From contig CATNEN010000039.1 in the NCBI GenBank assembly GCA_950097015.1, positions 13,640,001 to 13,704,000 of the forward strand: a DNA stretch of 64,000 nt, read 5' to 3'. This DNA comes from Macrostomum hystrix (Eukaryota; Animalia; Platyhelminthes). This document shows positions 47,315-60,243 of this stretch, piece by piece. The position numbers and the translations under genes were made by a program. The notes below the pieces were generated by a model that had not been told where the DNA came from, ran no database searches, and was given only the letters and a program-made list of their open reading frames with translations. The stretch's first letter is position 1; every line of letters begins with the position of its first letter.

Positions 47315-50300
47315 TGTCAAGCCGTGCTCAGGAGTATAAGGCAAGACTGCCCGTAGGCTTGGTTTGGGTTAGTAGCGAATTTAGTTTATTAGTCACGATG
47401 TTTCACGATACACTTGCATATATACTCCATGTATATAAGTAGACGAGTCAACAAGGCTTAAAAGTCAACAGGTGTTGAGTACATCAGTAATCAATATTCA
47501 GGCTGCGTACATTGGGTCAGAGTGCGGTTGGCGCGCAGGCCTGCAGATCTACCACAGTTCACTTGCTTAACACAGTTCACGGTTCATTCACGGCTCAAAC
47601 CCCGGCACGTCATCTCCCCCCTTCGAACCGCTCGGGCGGCACGCCCCGATTCGCACGGAGGTTGTAGCTCGGTCTCTGGGGAGTCACGGCCGGTGACGGC
47701 ACTCTGCCACTGGCCGCTGGCGGCGGATCTGCGGTCTCCCCTGGCGCGCTTGCCTGGGTCAAGGACGCAGGCATGTTTTCATGTCGCGCTTCAGGCAAGT
47801 CGGCGGGTCTCGGAGCAACTTCGTGGCTGACTGCGGCTGTCGCAACGTCTCCATTGCCGCCGGCTTCGTGCCGACGCAGTTGGTCTAGGTGGGCGAGCGT
47901 GACCCGGTCACCCTGTCGCATGATCAGTGCCGTGTTGGACCCTTTCTGCGCCAGGAACTCCGCCTTCTCCGGTGTGGCACTCGGCGTTGAGCGTACCAGA
48001 CCTCAGAGCGGATCGCTGTCTTCATGGTGATGGGGTTTCGCAGCTGCCTTCCCATTAGTTGCGCCGGGCTGAACTCCCTTCCGGCGTGCGGTACACATCG
48101 GTAGTTCAGTAGGATCCGTGCCAGGAACGCGTCGTACGGCTCCTGCTGATCCCAGCCCGCCGAGGCCACCTTGATTGTCTGCACCATTCGCTCGGCCAGG
48201 CCGTTGGACTGGGGATGATATGGTGGGGTTTTCACAGCGCGGCAGCCGATTCTGTGCAGCCAGCTCACCAACCCCTCATCATGGAACTCTGCAGCATTGT
48301 CACTCACCAGGGTTCTCGGCACTCCGTTGCGGGCGAAGACCTCCTGGAGGACCCGCCTGACGGTGGCGGCGCTCTTGTCGGGCACTCGGATAGCCTCCGG
48401 CCAGGCAGACATGGCGTCGACCAGGATCAGCAGGAGCCCGACCTTCGGAACGTGAGCGTGGTCCATGTGCACGCGCCCCCAAGGCTCAGACTCGGCGGGC
48501 CATTGGTGGACACTGCTGTGACTACTTTGACGTTGCTTGGCGCAGGTGTGGCAGGCACGGACGAATCCTTCGACGTCACCGCAGTAGCCTGGCCACCAGA
48601 CGGAGTTGCGGACCAGCGCTCGAGTGCTCGTGGCGCCCGGATGCGCCCCGCTGTGCACCAATTCCAGGACGCGACTGCGTAGTGAAGCAGGAATGACCGG
48701 GCGATCGCCGTAGCACACCACCGAGCCGTCTAGAGTGAGCGTATGTCGAATTGCTTTGAATTGCCGTTCCGCAGGCGAGCAACCCGACCAACGGTTTCCA
48801 GCTATCCTTCGAGTGATGTCCGCTAGCAGTCTATCGCGCTTTGTCTCCTCTGCCAGCTCAGTCCAGCCGATGACGCTTTCACCGGCCCAATGCACCAGGT
48901 GTTGTTGGGGTGCCGCCTCATATGGATCGTCCGGGACGTCAGCGAAGTCAAGACGAGACAACGCATCGGCGTGCGGGATGTCGACTCCGCGGGCGTACTC
49001 AATAGCGAAGTCAAATCCCATGAGGCGGATCGCCCAGCGCAGGATGCGGGCATTGGCGACTTTAGGGAGCTGCTGCCGTGCCCCGAACAGAAACTCGAGA
49101 GGGCGGTGGTCGGTTCGCAGAGTGAAGCGCTTGCCCAGTAGGAACTGACGGGACCTCTCCATTGACCACACAATCGCCAGCGCCTCCCGTTCGATGTTGG
49201 AGTAGCGTGTCTCTGCCTCCGTCAACCGCCTGCTGAAGTAGATGACGGGATGACCTTCTTGCGTGAGCACGGCGGCCACCGCCTTCTCACTGGCGTCGGT
49301 CGTGAGCGTTGTTTCCTTTGTCCGGTCGTATGGCTGGATGATCGGGCTGGAGCTCAGGAGCTTCTTTAGCTGGTGGAAGGCCGCTTCCTGTGCAGTTGTC
49401 CAAGTGAACTCCACTCCCTTCTTGCGCAGCTGGTTCAGGGGCTCGACGATGTGCGCATAATTGTTGACGAACCTTCCGAAGAAATTGCAGAGGCCGAGGA
49501 AGGACTCCAACTGGCGACGGTCGCGTGGTGCAGTGATTTCTTTGATCTTGCTGACCAGTCCAGGGTCCGGAGAGATTCCTTCTGCACCGATTCTGTAGCC
49601 GAGGAACTTGACGCTCTTGGCGCCCAAGTTGGACTTGGCGAGATTTATGTTCATTCCGGCTGCCTGGAGGATCTTGATTACTTCATCGACTTTGGCTTTG
49701 AGATCTTCGCTGGAGCGACCTCCGAGCAGAATATCGTCTTGATAGATGACCTTGCCGTTCACCTCCTCAAGGGTAGTCTCCATGGCCTTTTGAAAGATGG
49801 CGGATGCTGACTTGAGGCCCGGCACGAGTCGGGTGTAGCGAAACAGACCGAGTGGGGTCGCAATCGTAGTGACTTCCCTGCTCTTCTCCTCGAGTTCAAT
49901 CTGTAGATACGCGTCAGATAGGTCGAGGGTCGCGAAGTCAGTCATTCCGGCGACATCCGAGAAGATGGTCTCGACGGTTGGCATTGGATAGGTGTCTCCG
50001 CACACTTGATGATTGACCCCCGCCTTGTAATCGGCACAAATTCTGATGTTGCCGTTGGGTTTGAGGACGCAGACGATTGGTGACGCCCACTCGCTACCGC
50101 CTTCGGTCACTGGTTCAATTATTCCTTCAGCCTGGAGGCGCTTCAGCTCTTGGTTGACGCGGTCGCGCAGGTGCAGCGGCACCGCTCTGGCTGCGCAGTA
50201 GAATGGCTTGGCACCTTCGATCAGCTTGATTCTGGCTTGGAAACCCTTCAGGCAATTGAGGTGCTGTACTGCAGTGCCTTGGCCACCGACTGTCTGCCTC

Positions 50301-51753
50301 TCAGAGTTCCAATCCAGGTTGTCGAGGCCCAACAGCCCGTGTGACTTGTGTGCTGCAGTGACAACCAAGTCGACAGTGCGGAACTTGTCTTTATCATTCC
50401 ACGTTGCTGTGAACTCGCCCAGGGTCTTGATTATTGATCCATCAAATTGCCTCAGGATTCGCTTGGACTTCCTCAGCGCTGGACGCCCGAGCATCTCCCA
50501 GTGGCCCCTGGGAATGAGGCTTACGTCGGCGCCTGTATCCACTTGCATCTGCAGCTCTTTGCCGTTGATCTTGACGCGCCGGAAGATGCCTTTTCGCTCC
50601 TTGTTCTCCGGTCTGATGACGAAGATGTTGGCGGCATCTGGCTTCGGGGCGGCATCATCGTCCTCCTCCCAGGTCTCCAAGTGCACAGTGCGGGACCTGC
50701 AAACGGCTGCGTAGTGGTTTTTCTTGTTGCAGGTGGTGCACCTTTTGCCGAAGGCGGGGCATGAGCCCTGCTGGTGCGAACCGCCACAGTATTGGCACTT
50801 CGTCCTGGTTGTGTGCCTCGGCGATCTGGTGTCCGGAGGAAGCTGTGGAGGTGCGGCGCGCCGACCTGCATAGGCGATGCTTGACTCGGTGGTGACGGTG
50901 GGCCCGGTGCCGGCGTTGTAGTAGCGAATCTGCTCCAACTGCTCAAGCTCTTGCAGCACATCGGTCAGCAGCATGTCGATGCCCTGCATCCTCTCCAGCA
51001 GTCTGCGCTTGTGGTCCACGGAGGCAAGACCGTCCACGAGCCTCATGGTGATGAGTTCGTCCTCACAGGTCTGTTTCGAGCCTAGCTTCTCAAAACTGCA
51101 CGAGGCAGCAGCTGCTCGGAGCCGGCGGTAGTACGATGCGACGCCTTCGCTCGGATCCTGCCTGAGGGAGAGGAATTTCACCCTCTCGGCAATGGTGAGG
51201 CGCCGCTTGGGCCGAATGGTTGCATCGATGATGTCGCGGATCTGTGCGAATGTTTTGGTCTCCAGGCTGTCTGGGGCAGCCATGAGGGTCAGGGTTCTCA
51301 GTGCCTTGAGGCCTGCCCTCGAGAGGAATAGATCAGTGATCTGGTGTTCCTCTTCCGAATCCTTCAGTTTCTTGGTCCGTGCAGCGGCCGCGAAACTGAG
51401 CAGCCAGGCTTCGGCTGTGTCTGGATCTTCCAGGTTTAGTTCAGATGCTTGCGATGCCATTGTCAAGCCGTGCTCAGGAGTATAAGGCAAGACTGCCCGT
51501 AGGCTTGGTTTGGGTTAGTAGCGAATTTAGTTTATTAGTCACGATGTTTCACGATACACTTGCATATATATATATATAAGTAGACGAGTCAACAAGGCTT
51601 AAAAGTCAACAGGTGTTGAGTACATCAATAATCAATATTCAGGCTGCGTACATTGGGTCAGAGTGCGGTTGGCGCGCAGGCCTGCAGATCTACCACAGTT
51701 CACTTGCTTAACACAGTTCACGGTTCATTCACGGCTCAAACCCCGGCGCGTCA
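47315..51753 (-). mobile_element. Ty3/Gypsy LTR retrotransposon (Mag-like), full length, 4439 bp
   Basis: LTRs 51461-51753 (5') and 47315-47612 (3') with TG...CA ends, differing by 2 substitutions and one short indel block. 5-bp TSD CATTT on both sides. PPT GGGGGGAGA before the 3' LTR. PBS-like TGGCATCGC after the 5' LTR. Confidence 0.97.
47610..51460 (-). CDS. Gag-Pol polyprotein (double Zn knuckle, protease, RT, RNase H, integrase) with one frameshift near 47990
   Basis: CQYCGGSHQQGSCPAFGKRCTTCNKKNHYAAVC, DTGA protease, YQDD RT, TDAS...IEREALA RNase H, H-H-C-C and D,D,E integrase (SDNA...SNGLAER). The integrase tail continues in ORF 47921-47610. Confidence 0.93.
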
Positions 51754-52092
51754 CATTTTTTCTCTTAGTAAAAGTAGTATTGAATACAGCTGTGAACTGT
51801 ATAATTCTGTGAACTGACAACCAAAAAATAAATGTAATGTACATCGAATAATTAAAAAAACAACAATTTAAACAAAAATACCTATACTGCCACGAGTGTC
51901 GTTTCGTCAGACAAAGTCAAGTAAAAAATTGGTTAGCAAACATAAATTATCCTGCTATTGTTCAAACAATGTAGAGTTGTTTAATACAGGACACATTTAA
52001 ACTATTTCACTGTCTTTTTAAACATTTTTGAGTAAATTAAAAAAACACTGGTACTTAGACCAGTATGAAATAAGTTTCTGCGATCAAAAAGT

Positions 52093-53011
52093 CTGTTAGA
52101 CAGACTTGTTAGACAGTAGCCAACCTGTTAGACAGTAGTTTACCCGTTAGACAGTAGCTATAACCTGTTAGACATTGGCTAGCCTGTTAGACAGTAGCTA
52201 TAACCTGTTAGACATTGGCTAGCCTGTTAGACAGTAGCTAACCTGATAGACAGTAGCTTACCTGTTAGACAGTAGCTAATCTGTTAGACAGTAGCTAATC
52301 TGTTAGACAGTAGCTAATCTGTTAGACAGTAGCTAACCTGTTAGACAGTGGCTAATCTGTTAGACAGTAGCTAATCTGTTAGACAGTAGCTAACCTGTTA
52401 GACAGTAGCTAATCTGTTAGACAGTAGCTAACCTGTTAGACAGTAGCTAATCTGTTAGACAGTAGCTAATCTGTTAGACAGTAGCTAATCTGTTAGACAG
52501 TAGCTAATCTGTTAGACAGTAGCTAACCTGTTAGACAGTGGCTAATCTGTTAGACAGTGGCTAATCTGTTAGACAGTAGCTAACCTGTTAGACAGTAGCT
52601 AACCTGTTAGACAGTAGCTAATCTGTTAGACAGTAGCTAATCTGTTAGACAGTAGCTAATCTGTTAGACAGTAGCTAATCTGTTAGACCGTAGCTAATCT
52701 GTTAGACAGTAGCTAACCTGTTAGACAGTGGCTAATCTGTTAGACAGTAGCTAATCTGTTAGACAGTAGCTAATCTGTTAGACAGTAGCTAACCTGTTAG
52801 ACAGTAGCTAATCTGTTAGACAGTAGCTAATCTGTTAGACAGTAGCTAACCTGTTAGACAGTAGCTAATCTGTTAGACAGTAGCTAATCTGTTAGACAGT
52901 AGCTAATCTGTTAGACCGTAGCTAATCTGTTAGACAGTAGCTAATCTGTTAGACAGTAGCTAATCTGTTAGACAGTAGCTAACCTGTTAGACAGTAGCTA
53001 ACCTGTTAGAC
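52093..53011 (-). repeat. 19-bp minisatellite (TAATCTGTTAGACAGTAGC)n, reverse complement of the 45290-46068 array
   Basis: Directly visible. Confidence 0.92.
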
Positions 53012-53118
53012 ACCACTGCCTCATTAAGAAATCTATTCCTTCAGCAGCTCAATGAATAAGCTCTGTCAATCGGTGGACTTCTCATCCGTGCAATTCAGTG
53101 ATGTCTTCAGTCCAGTTG

Positions 53119-54324
53119 TCACGCCGCCTCTATGCCGTCAGTCGGAGCTGCAGCTTTGGTCGAGACACCAGCCGCAACAGAGGAGTGCGCAGCCATTCTG
53201 ACCTGGGAGCGCGACAGAAACATGTCCTCTCGACTGGCCCGAGTGCGCCGTCGAAAGAATCTAACCAGGCCCTTCTTAAACGGCTTGTAAGTGCCACCGT
53301 AGATGGCCGTATTGATGCTAGTGTGGCCCATTGCTAGCCAGGCCAAGCAGAACTCCAGGCCGTTGCCGTGACTGGAGCCCCTGTTGGCGATGGATATTTT
53401 GTAGACAAAGAATGGCAGCCAGCAGACCAGGAAGCCAAGGATAACGCATGCATTGGTGATCCAACCTCGGAGACTGGACCGCATGCTGGCCCACTTGTTC
53501 TGACCAGCCTGGTGGCCCAGCAGGTTCTGGTCCTGTCCAATCGGCGGCTGCGGCTGCAAGCCAGTGCCCAGTCGCATGCGTCTAATATTGTTAACATGCC
53601 GCCTAGAGATTATGAAGATAGTTCCATAGCCCAGAACCAGCATGAGGGCCATGAACAATATCAGACCAATGCGTACACCAAACAGGCTGGGGTCCACCTG
53701 ATTCTCACCGCGACACGATTTCGTATTGAACATGAGCGTATCCGAGGTGAACTCATAGTAATAGCCGCTGATTGGTATTAGTCTAGTCGGCAGGACACTC
53801 AGCACGGCCAGCACAGCCCACACCGTCGATACGATGCAGGTCACTTTGCGACGCGACATCATCCTGTCATAGGAGTAAGGCAGCTTGATCTGGTGCAGCT
53901 TGTCTAGCCCGATGCCGATTGTGATAACCAGCGTGGCTGTTAGCATCAGGTAGTAGATCCAGGAGCCGAAGTCAAGCTCCGCTCTGCTGCTAGGACCGAA
54001 ACCGCTGACGGCGTAGCGGAATGCGAATAACAGGAAGCACAGACCAGAGCCGAAGTCGCTGATAGCTAGGCTGAGCATGTAGATGCCCTGGTTTGTGTGC
54101 AGCGCTGGCGTATTGTAGACTACCAGCATCACTAGGAGGTTGCTAGGCAGGGCCAGCACCGAGATTGACAGCACTAAAGCAATGCGCCAGCCGGAGGACT
54201 CGCTGTCCGAGATTCTGCGACAACCGGAGCAAACCATCCACTCAACTGAGGCGTTCTTGACGCAGCTGTTCAGGTTGGAGAAGATTGGAGAACTTTGGCC
54301 AGCTGGACAGATATGGTCCACAAC
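53119..54324 (-). CDS. Class A (rhodopsin-like) GPCR, 7TM-coding exon
   Basis: TM1 SN, TM2 SLAISD, TM3 end GLDKL (DRY position), TM4 W, TM6 FLVCWLPF, TM7 NTAIY. A splice acceptor TAG|GTT at 54325/54324 means the true start may be upstream or at the internal Met. Confidence 0.85.
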   Translation of the reverse strand, partial: VVDHICPAGQSSPIFSNLNSCVKNASVEWMVCSGCRRISDSESSGWRIALVLSISVLALPSNLLVMLVVYNTPALHTNQGIYMLSLAISDFGSGLCFLLFAFRYAVSGFGPSSRAELDFGSWIYYLMLTATLVITIGIGLDKLHQIKLPYSYDRMMSRRKVTCIVSTVWAVLAVLSVLPTRLIPISGYYYEFTSDTLMFNTKSCRGENQVDPSLFGVRIGLILFMALMLVLGYGTIFIISRRHVNNIRRMRLGTGLQPQPPIGQDQNLLGHQAGQNKWASMRSSLRGWITNACVILGFLVCWLPFFVYKISIANRGSSHGNGLEFCLAWLAMGHTSINTAIYGGTYKPFKKGLVRFFRRRTRASREDMFLSRSQVRMAAHSSVAAGVSTKAAAPTDGIEAA

Positions 54325-54326
54325 CT

Positions 54327-57300
54327 ATATCATCTCTTTCATGTCTCATCCCTCTCATGTCTCATCTCTCTGCTGTTTCATCTCTCCCTGTCTCATCTCT
54401 CCCGTGTCTCATCTCTCGCCTGTCTCATCTCTCTCCAGTCTCATCTCTCCCCTGTCTCATCTCTCTCCTGTCTCATCTCTCCCGTGTCTCATCTCTCGCC
54501 TGTCTCATCTCTCTCATGTCTCGTCTCTCTGCTGTTTCATCTCTCTGCTGTCTCATCTCTCTCCTGTCTCATCTCTCGCCTGTCTCATCTCTCTCCAGTC
54601 TCATCTCTCCCCTGTATCATCTCTCTCCTGTCTCATCTCTCCCGTGTCTCATCTCTCGCCTGTCTCATCTCTCTCATGTCTCGTCTCTCTGCTGTTTCAT
54701 CTCTCTGCTGTCTCATCTCTCTCCTGTCTCATCTCTCCCGTGTCTCATCTCTCTCGCCTGTCTCATCTCTCTGCTGTCTCGTCTCTCTGCTGTTTCATTT
54801 CTCTGCTGTCTCATCTCTCTCCTGTCTCATCTCTCTCCTGTCTCATCTCTCCCGTGTCTCATCTCTCCCGTGTCTCATCTCTCTCGCCTGTCTCATCTCT
54901 CTCCTGTCTCATCTCTCTGCTGTCTCATTTCTCTGCTGTTTCATCTCTCCCCTGTCTCATCTCTCACCTGTCTCATCTCTCCCGTGTCTCATCTCTCCCG
55001 TGTCTCATCTCTCTCGCCTGTCTCATCTCTCTCCTGTCTCATCTCTCTGCTGTCTCATCTCTCTGCTGTTTCATCTCTCCCCTGTCTCATCTCTCACCTG
55101 TCTCATCTCTCCCGTGTCTCATCTCTCCCGTGTCTCATCTCTCTCGCCTGTCTCATCTCTCTGCTGTCTCGTCTCTCTGCTGTTTCATCTCTCTGCTGTC
55201 TCATATCTCTGCTGTCTCATCTCTCTCGCCTGTCTCATCTCTCTCCTGTCTCATCTCTCCCGTGTCTCATCTCTCTCGCCTGTCTCATCTCTCTCCTGTC
55301 TCATCTCTCCCGTGTCTCATCTCTCGCCTGTCTCATCTCTCTGCTGTCTCATCTCTCCCGTGTCTCATCTCTCTCGCCTGTCTCATCTCTCTGCTGTCTC
55401 GTCTCTCTGCTGTTTCATCTCTCTGCTGTCTCATCTCTCTCCTGTCTCATCTATCCCGTTTCTCATCTCTCTCCTGTCTCATCTCTCCCGTGTCTCATCT
55501 CTCTCCTGTCTCATCTCTCTGCTGTCTCGTCTCTCTGCTGTCTCATCTCTCTGCTGTCTCATCTATCTCCTGTCTCATCTCTCCCGTGTCTCATCTCTCT
55601 CCTGTCTCATCTCTCCCGTGTCTCATCTCTCTCGCCTGTCTCTCTCTCTCCTGTCTCATCTCTCTGCTGTCTCGTCTCTCTGCTGTTTCATCTCTCTGCT
55701 GTCTCATCTCTCTCCTGTCTCATCTCTCCCGTGTCTCATCTCTCTCCTGTCTCATCTCTCTCCTGTCTCATCTCTCTCCTGTCTCATCTCTCCCGTGTCT
55801 CATCTCTCCACTGTCTCATCTCTCCATTGTCTCATCTCTCCATTGTCTCATCTCTCCATTGTCTCATCTCTCCATTGTCTCATCTCTCGCCTGTCTCATC
55901 TCTCTGCTGTCTCATCTCTCCCGTGTCTCATCTCTCTCGCCTGTCTCATCTCTCTGCTGTCTCGTCTCTCTGCTGTTTCATCTCTCTGCTGTCTCATCTC
56001 TCTCCTGTCTCATCTATCCCGTTTCTCATCTCTCTCCTGTCTCATCTCTCCCGTGTCTCATCTCTCTCCTGTCTCATCTCTCTGCTGTCTCGTCTCTCTG
56101 CTGTCTCATCTCTCTGCTGTCTCATCTCTCTCCTGTCTCATCTCTCCCGTGTCTCATCTCTCCCGTGTCTCATCTCTCGCCTGTCTCATCTCTCTGCTGT
56201 CTCATCTCTCCCGTGTCTCATCTCTCTCGCCTGTCTCATCTCTCTGCTGTCTCGTCTCTCTGCTGTTTCATCTCTCTGCTGTCTCATCTCTCTCCTGTCT
56301 CATCTATCCCGTTTCTCATCTCTCTCCTGTCTCATCTCTCCCGTGTCTCATCTCTCTCCTGTCTCATCTCTCTGCTGTCTCGTCTCTCTGCTGTCTCATC
56401 TCTCTGCTGTCTCATCTATCTCCTGTCTCATCTCTCCCGTGTCTCATCTCTCTCCTGTCTCATCTCTCCCGTGTCTCATCTCTCTCGCCTGTCTCTCTCT
56501 CTCCTGTCTCATCTCTCTGCTGTCTCGTCTCTCTGCTGTTTCATCTCTCTGCTGTCTCATCTCTCTCCTGTCTCATCTCTCCCGTGTCTCATCTCTCTCC
56601 TGTCTCATCTCTCTCCTGTCTCATCTCTCTCCTGTCTCATCTCTCCCGTGTCTCATCTCTCCACTGTCTCATCTCTCCATTGTCTCATCTCTCCATTGTC
56701 TCATCTCTCCATTGTCTCATCTCTCCATTGTCTCATCTCTCCACTGTCTCATCTCTCCACTGTCTCATCTCTCCATTGTCTCATCTCTCCATTGTCTCAT
56801 CTCTCCATTGTCTCATCTCTCCATTGTCTCATCTCTCCATTGTCTCATCTCTCAATTGTCTCATCTCTCCATTGTCTCATCTCTCCATTGTCTCATCTCT
56901 CCATTGTCTCATCTCTCCATTGTCTCATCTCTCCATTGTCTCATCTCTCCATTGTCTCATCTCTCCATTGTCTCATCTCTCCATTGTCTCATCTCTCCAT
57001 TGTCTCATCTCTCCATTGTCTCATCTCTCAATTGTCTCATCTCTCCATTGTCTCATCTCTCAATTGTCTCATCTCTCCATTGTCTCATCTCTCCATTGTC
57101 TCATCTCTCCATTGTCTCATCTCTCCATTGTCTCATCTCTCCATTGTCTCATCTCTCCACTGTCTCATCTCTCCATTGTCTCATCTCTCCACTGTCTCAT
57201 CTCTCCATTGTCTCATCTCTCCATTGTCTCATCTCTCCATTGTCTCATCTCTCCACTGTCTCATCTCTCCATTGTCTCATCTCTCCATTGTCTCATCTCT

Positions 57301-57500
57301 CCATTGTCTCATCTCTCCATTGTCTCATCTCTCCATTGTCTCATCTCTCCATTGTCTCATCTCTCCATTGTCTCATCTCTCCACTGTCTCATCTCTCCAT
57401 TGTCTCATCTCTCCATTGTCTCATCTCTCCATTGTCTCATCTCTCCATTGTCTCATCTCTCCACTGTCTCATCTCTCCACTGTCTCATCTTTCGCGTGTC
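54327..57500. repeat. ~17-19 bp pyrimidine-rich minisatellite (TGTCTCATCTCTCCAT-like)
   Basis: 3.2 kb of tandem copies; produces the three >1000-aa spurious ORFs. Confidence 0.95.
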
Positions 57501-58126
57501 TCATACGTATACAGACAATCTCACACAGTTAGTCATTTATGTAAGCTACATCTTTACTAAAATGTCTCATCATCATGTCTGACTCAGATTCATTCATTAA
57601 TGTAAGTTCTACGGGTATGATATCTTTTTTAGGCCAAGCACGTGTCTAGAAAATGTGGCGGAAATTGCTTAATAAATATTGTCGTGCCTATTGTAGCAGC
57701 CGACACTAATGGGCTGAGAGCAGGCTTAGCGGAAGCAGCAGACAGGTGCATCAAACAAAAGGAGCAGAAAAAACACTAGGCACAAGCAATTATTGTGTAA
57801 AAAAACATGCCCTTAAAATATCCTTCTGTCACTATCCTTCTTTTTATCTACGAAATTTTACTGCTAATACAGCGTTGAAACACTGCGATCAACGTTGCTT
57901 AATTTATCATGGCTGGAGTCCCAATTCCCTTAACAGCCAGGCCTAATCTGAGATGATTTCAGTGCTCCTAATCGATAACTTGAAGCTTGCTAATTACGAA
58001 CTTAATTCAATAGGGTATAGGCCTAATGGAGAGCACTTTGTCTTTCGGTATCCATGTGATCTGGGCCTGCGGCTCTCACACAATGACAAGGATCGCTTTT
58101 TGAGCCCACTTTGTCACGCCTTTCTA

Positions 58127-58645
58127 GTGAACACGGTGAACACTAACTACCTGATCTGTGTGAACACTAGCTACTTGATCTGTGTGAACACTAGCTACCT
58201 GATCTGTGTGGACACTAGCTACCTGATCTGTGTGAACACTAGCTACCTGATCTGTGTGAACACTAGCTACCTGATCTGTGTGAACACTAACTACCTGATC
58301 TGTGTGAACACTAACTACCTGATCTGTGTGAACACTAACTACCTGATCTGTGTGAACACTAACTACCTGATCTGTGTGAACACTAACTACCTGATCTGTG
58401 TGAACACTAACTACCTGATCTGTGTGAACACTAGCTACTTGATCTGTGTGAACACTAGCTACTTGATCTGTGTGAACACTAGCTACCTGATCTGTGTGAA
58501 CACTAACTACCTGATCTGTGTGAACACTAGCTACCTGATCTGTGTGAACACTAGCTACCTGATCTGTGTGAACACTAACTACCTGATCTGTGTGAACACT
58601 AACTACCTGATCTGTGTGAACACTAACTACCTGATCTGTGAACAT
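58127..58645. repeat. 24-bp minisatellite (GTGAACACTARCTACCTGATCTGT)n
   Basis: Directly visible. Confidence 0.93.
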
Positions 58646-58993
58646 CTACAAGCTTTTTGGCTATGTATTTAAACCAGTATGAAAGGCGTAGCTCTGCTTC
58701 AGGTTTTGCATTTATTTGCCCAGTAAAACACAATGATACAATGACTGTACTGCCAAAGGAATATTCTACTTTGAAAGTTACGCTACTCCCAGACAAACCA
58801 GATGTAAGACAAATTGTATCAATTTCCAACTAGTTTATAAAATTATATTGCATTTACGCAAAGCAATGGCAGTTTTACAAATTATTGAATTTAAACTGTT
58901 GCTTTTCTTACTCTACAATGCAGTTCTTGAAATCATTTCTTGATTTAATCTGCTTTAAATTGTCTCATACACTTTTCCTGAAATTCCGAGCCA

Positions 58994-60243
58994 CAGTCCT
59001 TCAGTCAGTCCTTCAGTCAGTCAGTCAGTCAGTCAGTCAGTCAGTCAGTCAGTCAGTCAGTCAGTCAGTCAGTCAGTCAGTCAGTCAGTCCTTCAGTCAG
59101 TCCTTCAGTCAGTCAGTCAGTCAGTCAGTCAGTCAGTCAGTCAGTCAGTCAGTCAGTCAGTCAGTCAGTCAGTCAGTCAGTCAGTCAGTCAGTCAGTCAG
59201 TCAGTCAGTCAGTCAGTCAGTCAGTCAGTCAGTCAGTCAGTCAGTCAGTCAGTCAGTCAGTCAGTCAGTCAGTCAGTCAGTCAGTCAGTCAGTCAGTCAG
59301 TCAGTCAGTCAGTCAGTCAGTCAGTCAGTCAGTCAGTCAGTCAGTCAGTCAGTCAGTCAGTCAGTCAGTCAGTCAGTCAGTCAGTCAGTCAGTCAGTCAG
59401 TCAGTCAGTCAGTCAGTCAGTCAGTCAGTCAGTCAGTCAGTCAGTCAGTCAGTCAGTCAGTCAGTCAGTCAGTCAGTCAGTCAGTCAGTCAGTCAGTCAG
59501 TCAGTCAGTCAGTCAGTCAGTCAGTCAGTCAGTCAGTCAGTCAGTCAGTCAGTCAGTCAGTCAGTCAGTCAGTCAGTCAGTCAGTCAGTCAGTCAGTCAG
59601 TCAGTCAGTCAGTCAGTCAGTCAGTCAGTCAGTCAGTCAGTCAGTCAGTCAGTCAGTCAGTCAGTCAGTCAGTCAGTCAGTCAGTCAGTCAGTCAGTCAG
59701 TCAGTCAGTCAGTCAGTCAGTCAGTCAGTCAGTCAGTCAGTCAGTCAGTCAGTCAGTCAGTCAGTCCTTCAGTCAGTCAGTCAGTCAGTCAGTCAGTCAG
59801 TCAGTCAGTCAGTCAGTCAGTCAGTCAGTCAGTCAGTCAGTCAGTCAGTCAGTCAGTCAGTCAGTCAGTCAGTCAGTCAGTCAGTCAGTCAGTCAGTCAG
59901 TCAGTCAGTCAGTCAGTCAGTCAGTCAGTCAGTCAGTCAGTCAGTCAGTCAGTCAGTCAGTCAGTCAGTCAGTCAGTCAGTCAGTCAGTCAGTCAGTCAG
60001 TCAGTCAGTCAGTCAGTCAGTCAGTCAGTCAGTCAGTCAGTCAGTCAGTCAGTCAGTCAGTCAGTCAGTCAGTCAGTCAGTCAGTCAGTCAGTCAGTCAG
60101 TCAGTCAGTCAGTCAGTCAGTCAGTCAGTCAGTCAGTCAGTCAGTCAGTCAGTCAGTCAGTCAGTCAGTCAGTCAGTCAGTCAGTCAGTCAGTCAGTCAG
60201 TCAGTCAGTCAGTCAGTCAGTCAGTCAGTCAGTCAGTCAGTCT
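58994..60243. repeat. (TCAG)n microsatellite, ~1.25 kb, nearly perfect
   Basis: Directly visible. Confidence 0.97.

Noticed and set aside
48175-51485. Plus-strand ORFs within the Gypsy element (possible antisense genes)
   Set aside because: Expected shadow ORFs of GC-rich coding sequence; no motifs.
54140-57582. Three overlapping ORFs of more than 1000 aa
   Set aside because: Stop-free translations of a pyrimidine-rich minisatellite in all three frames; no protein features.
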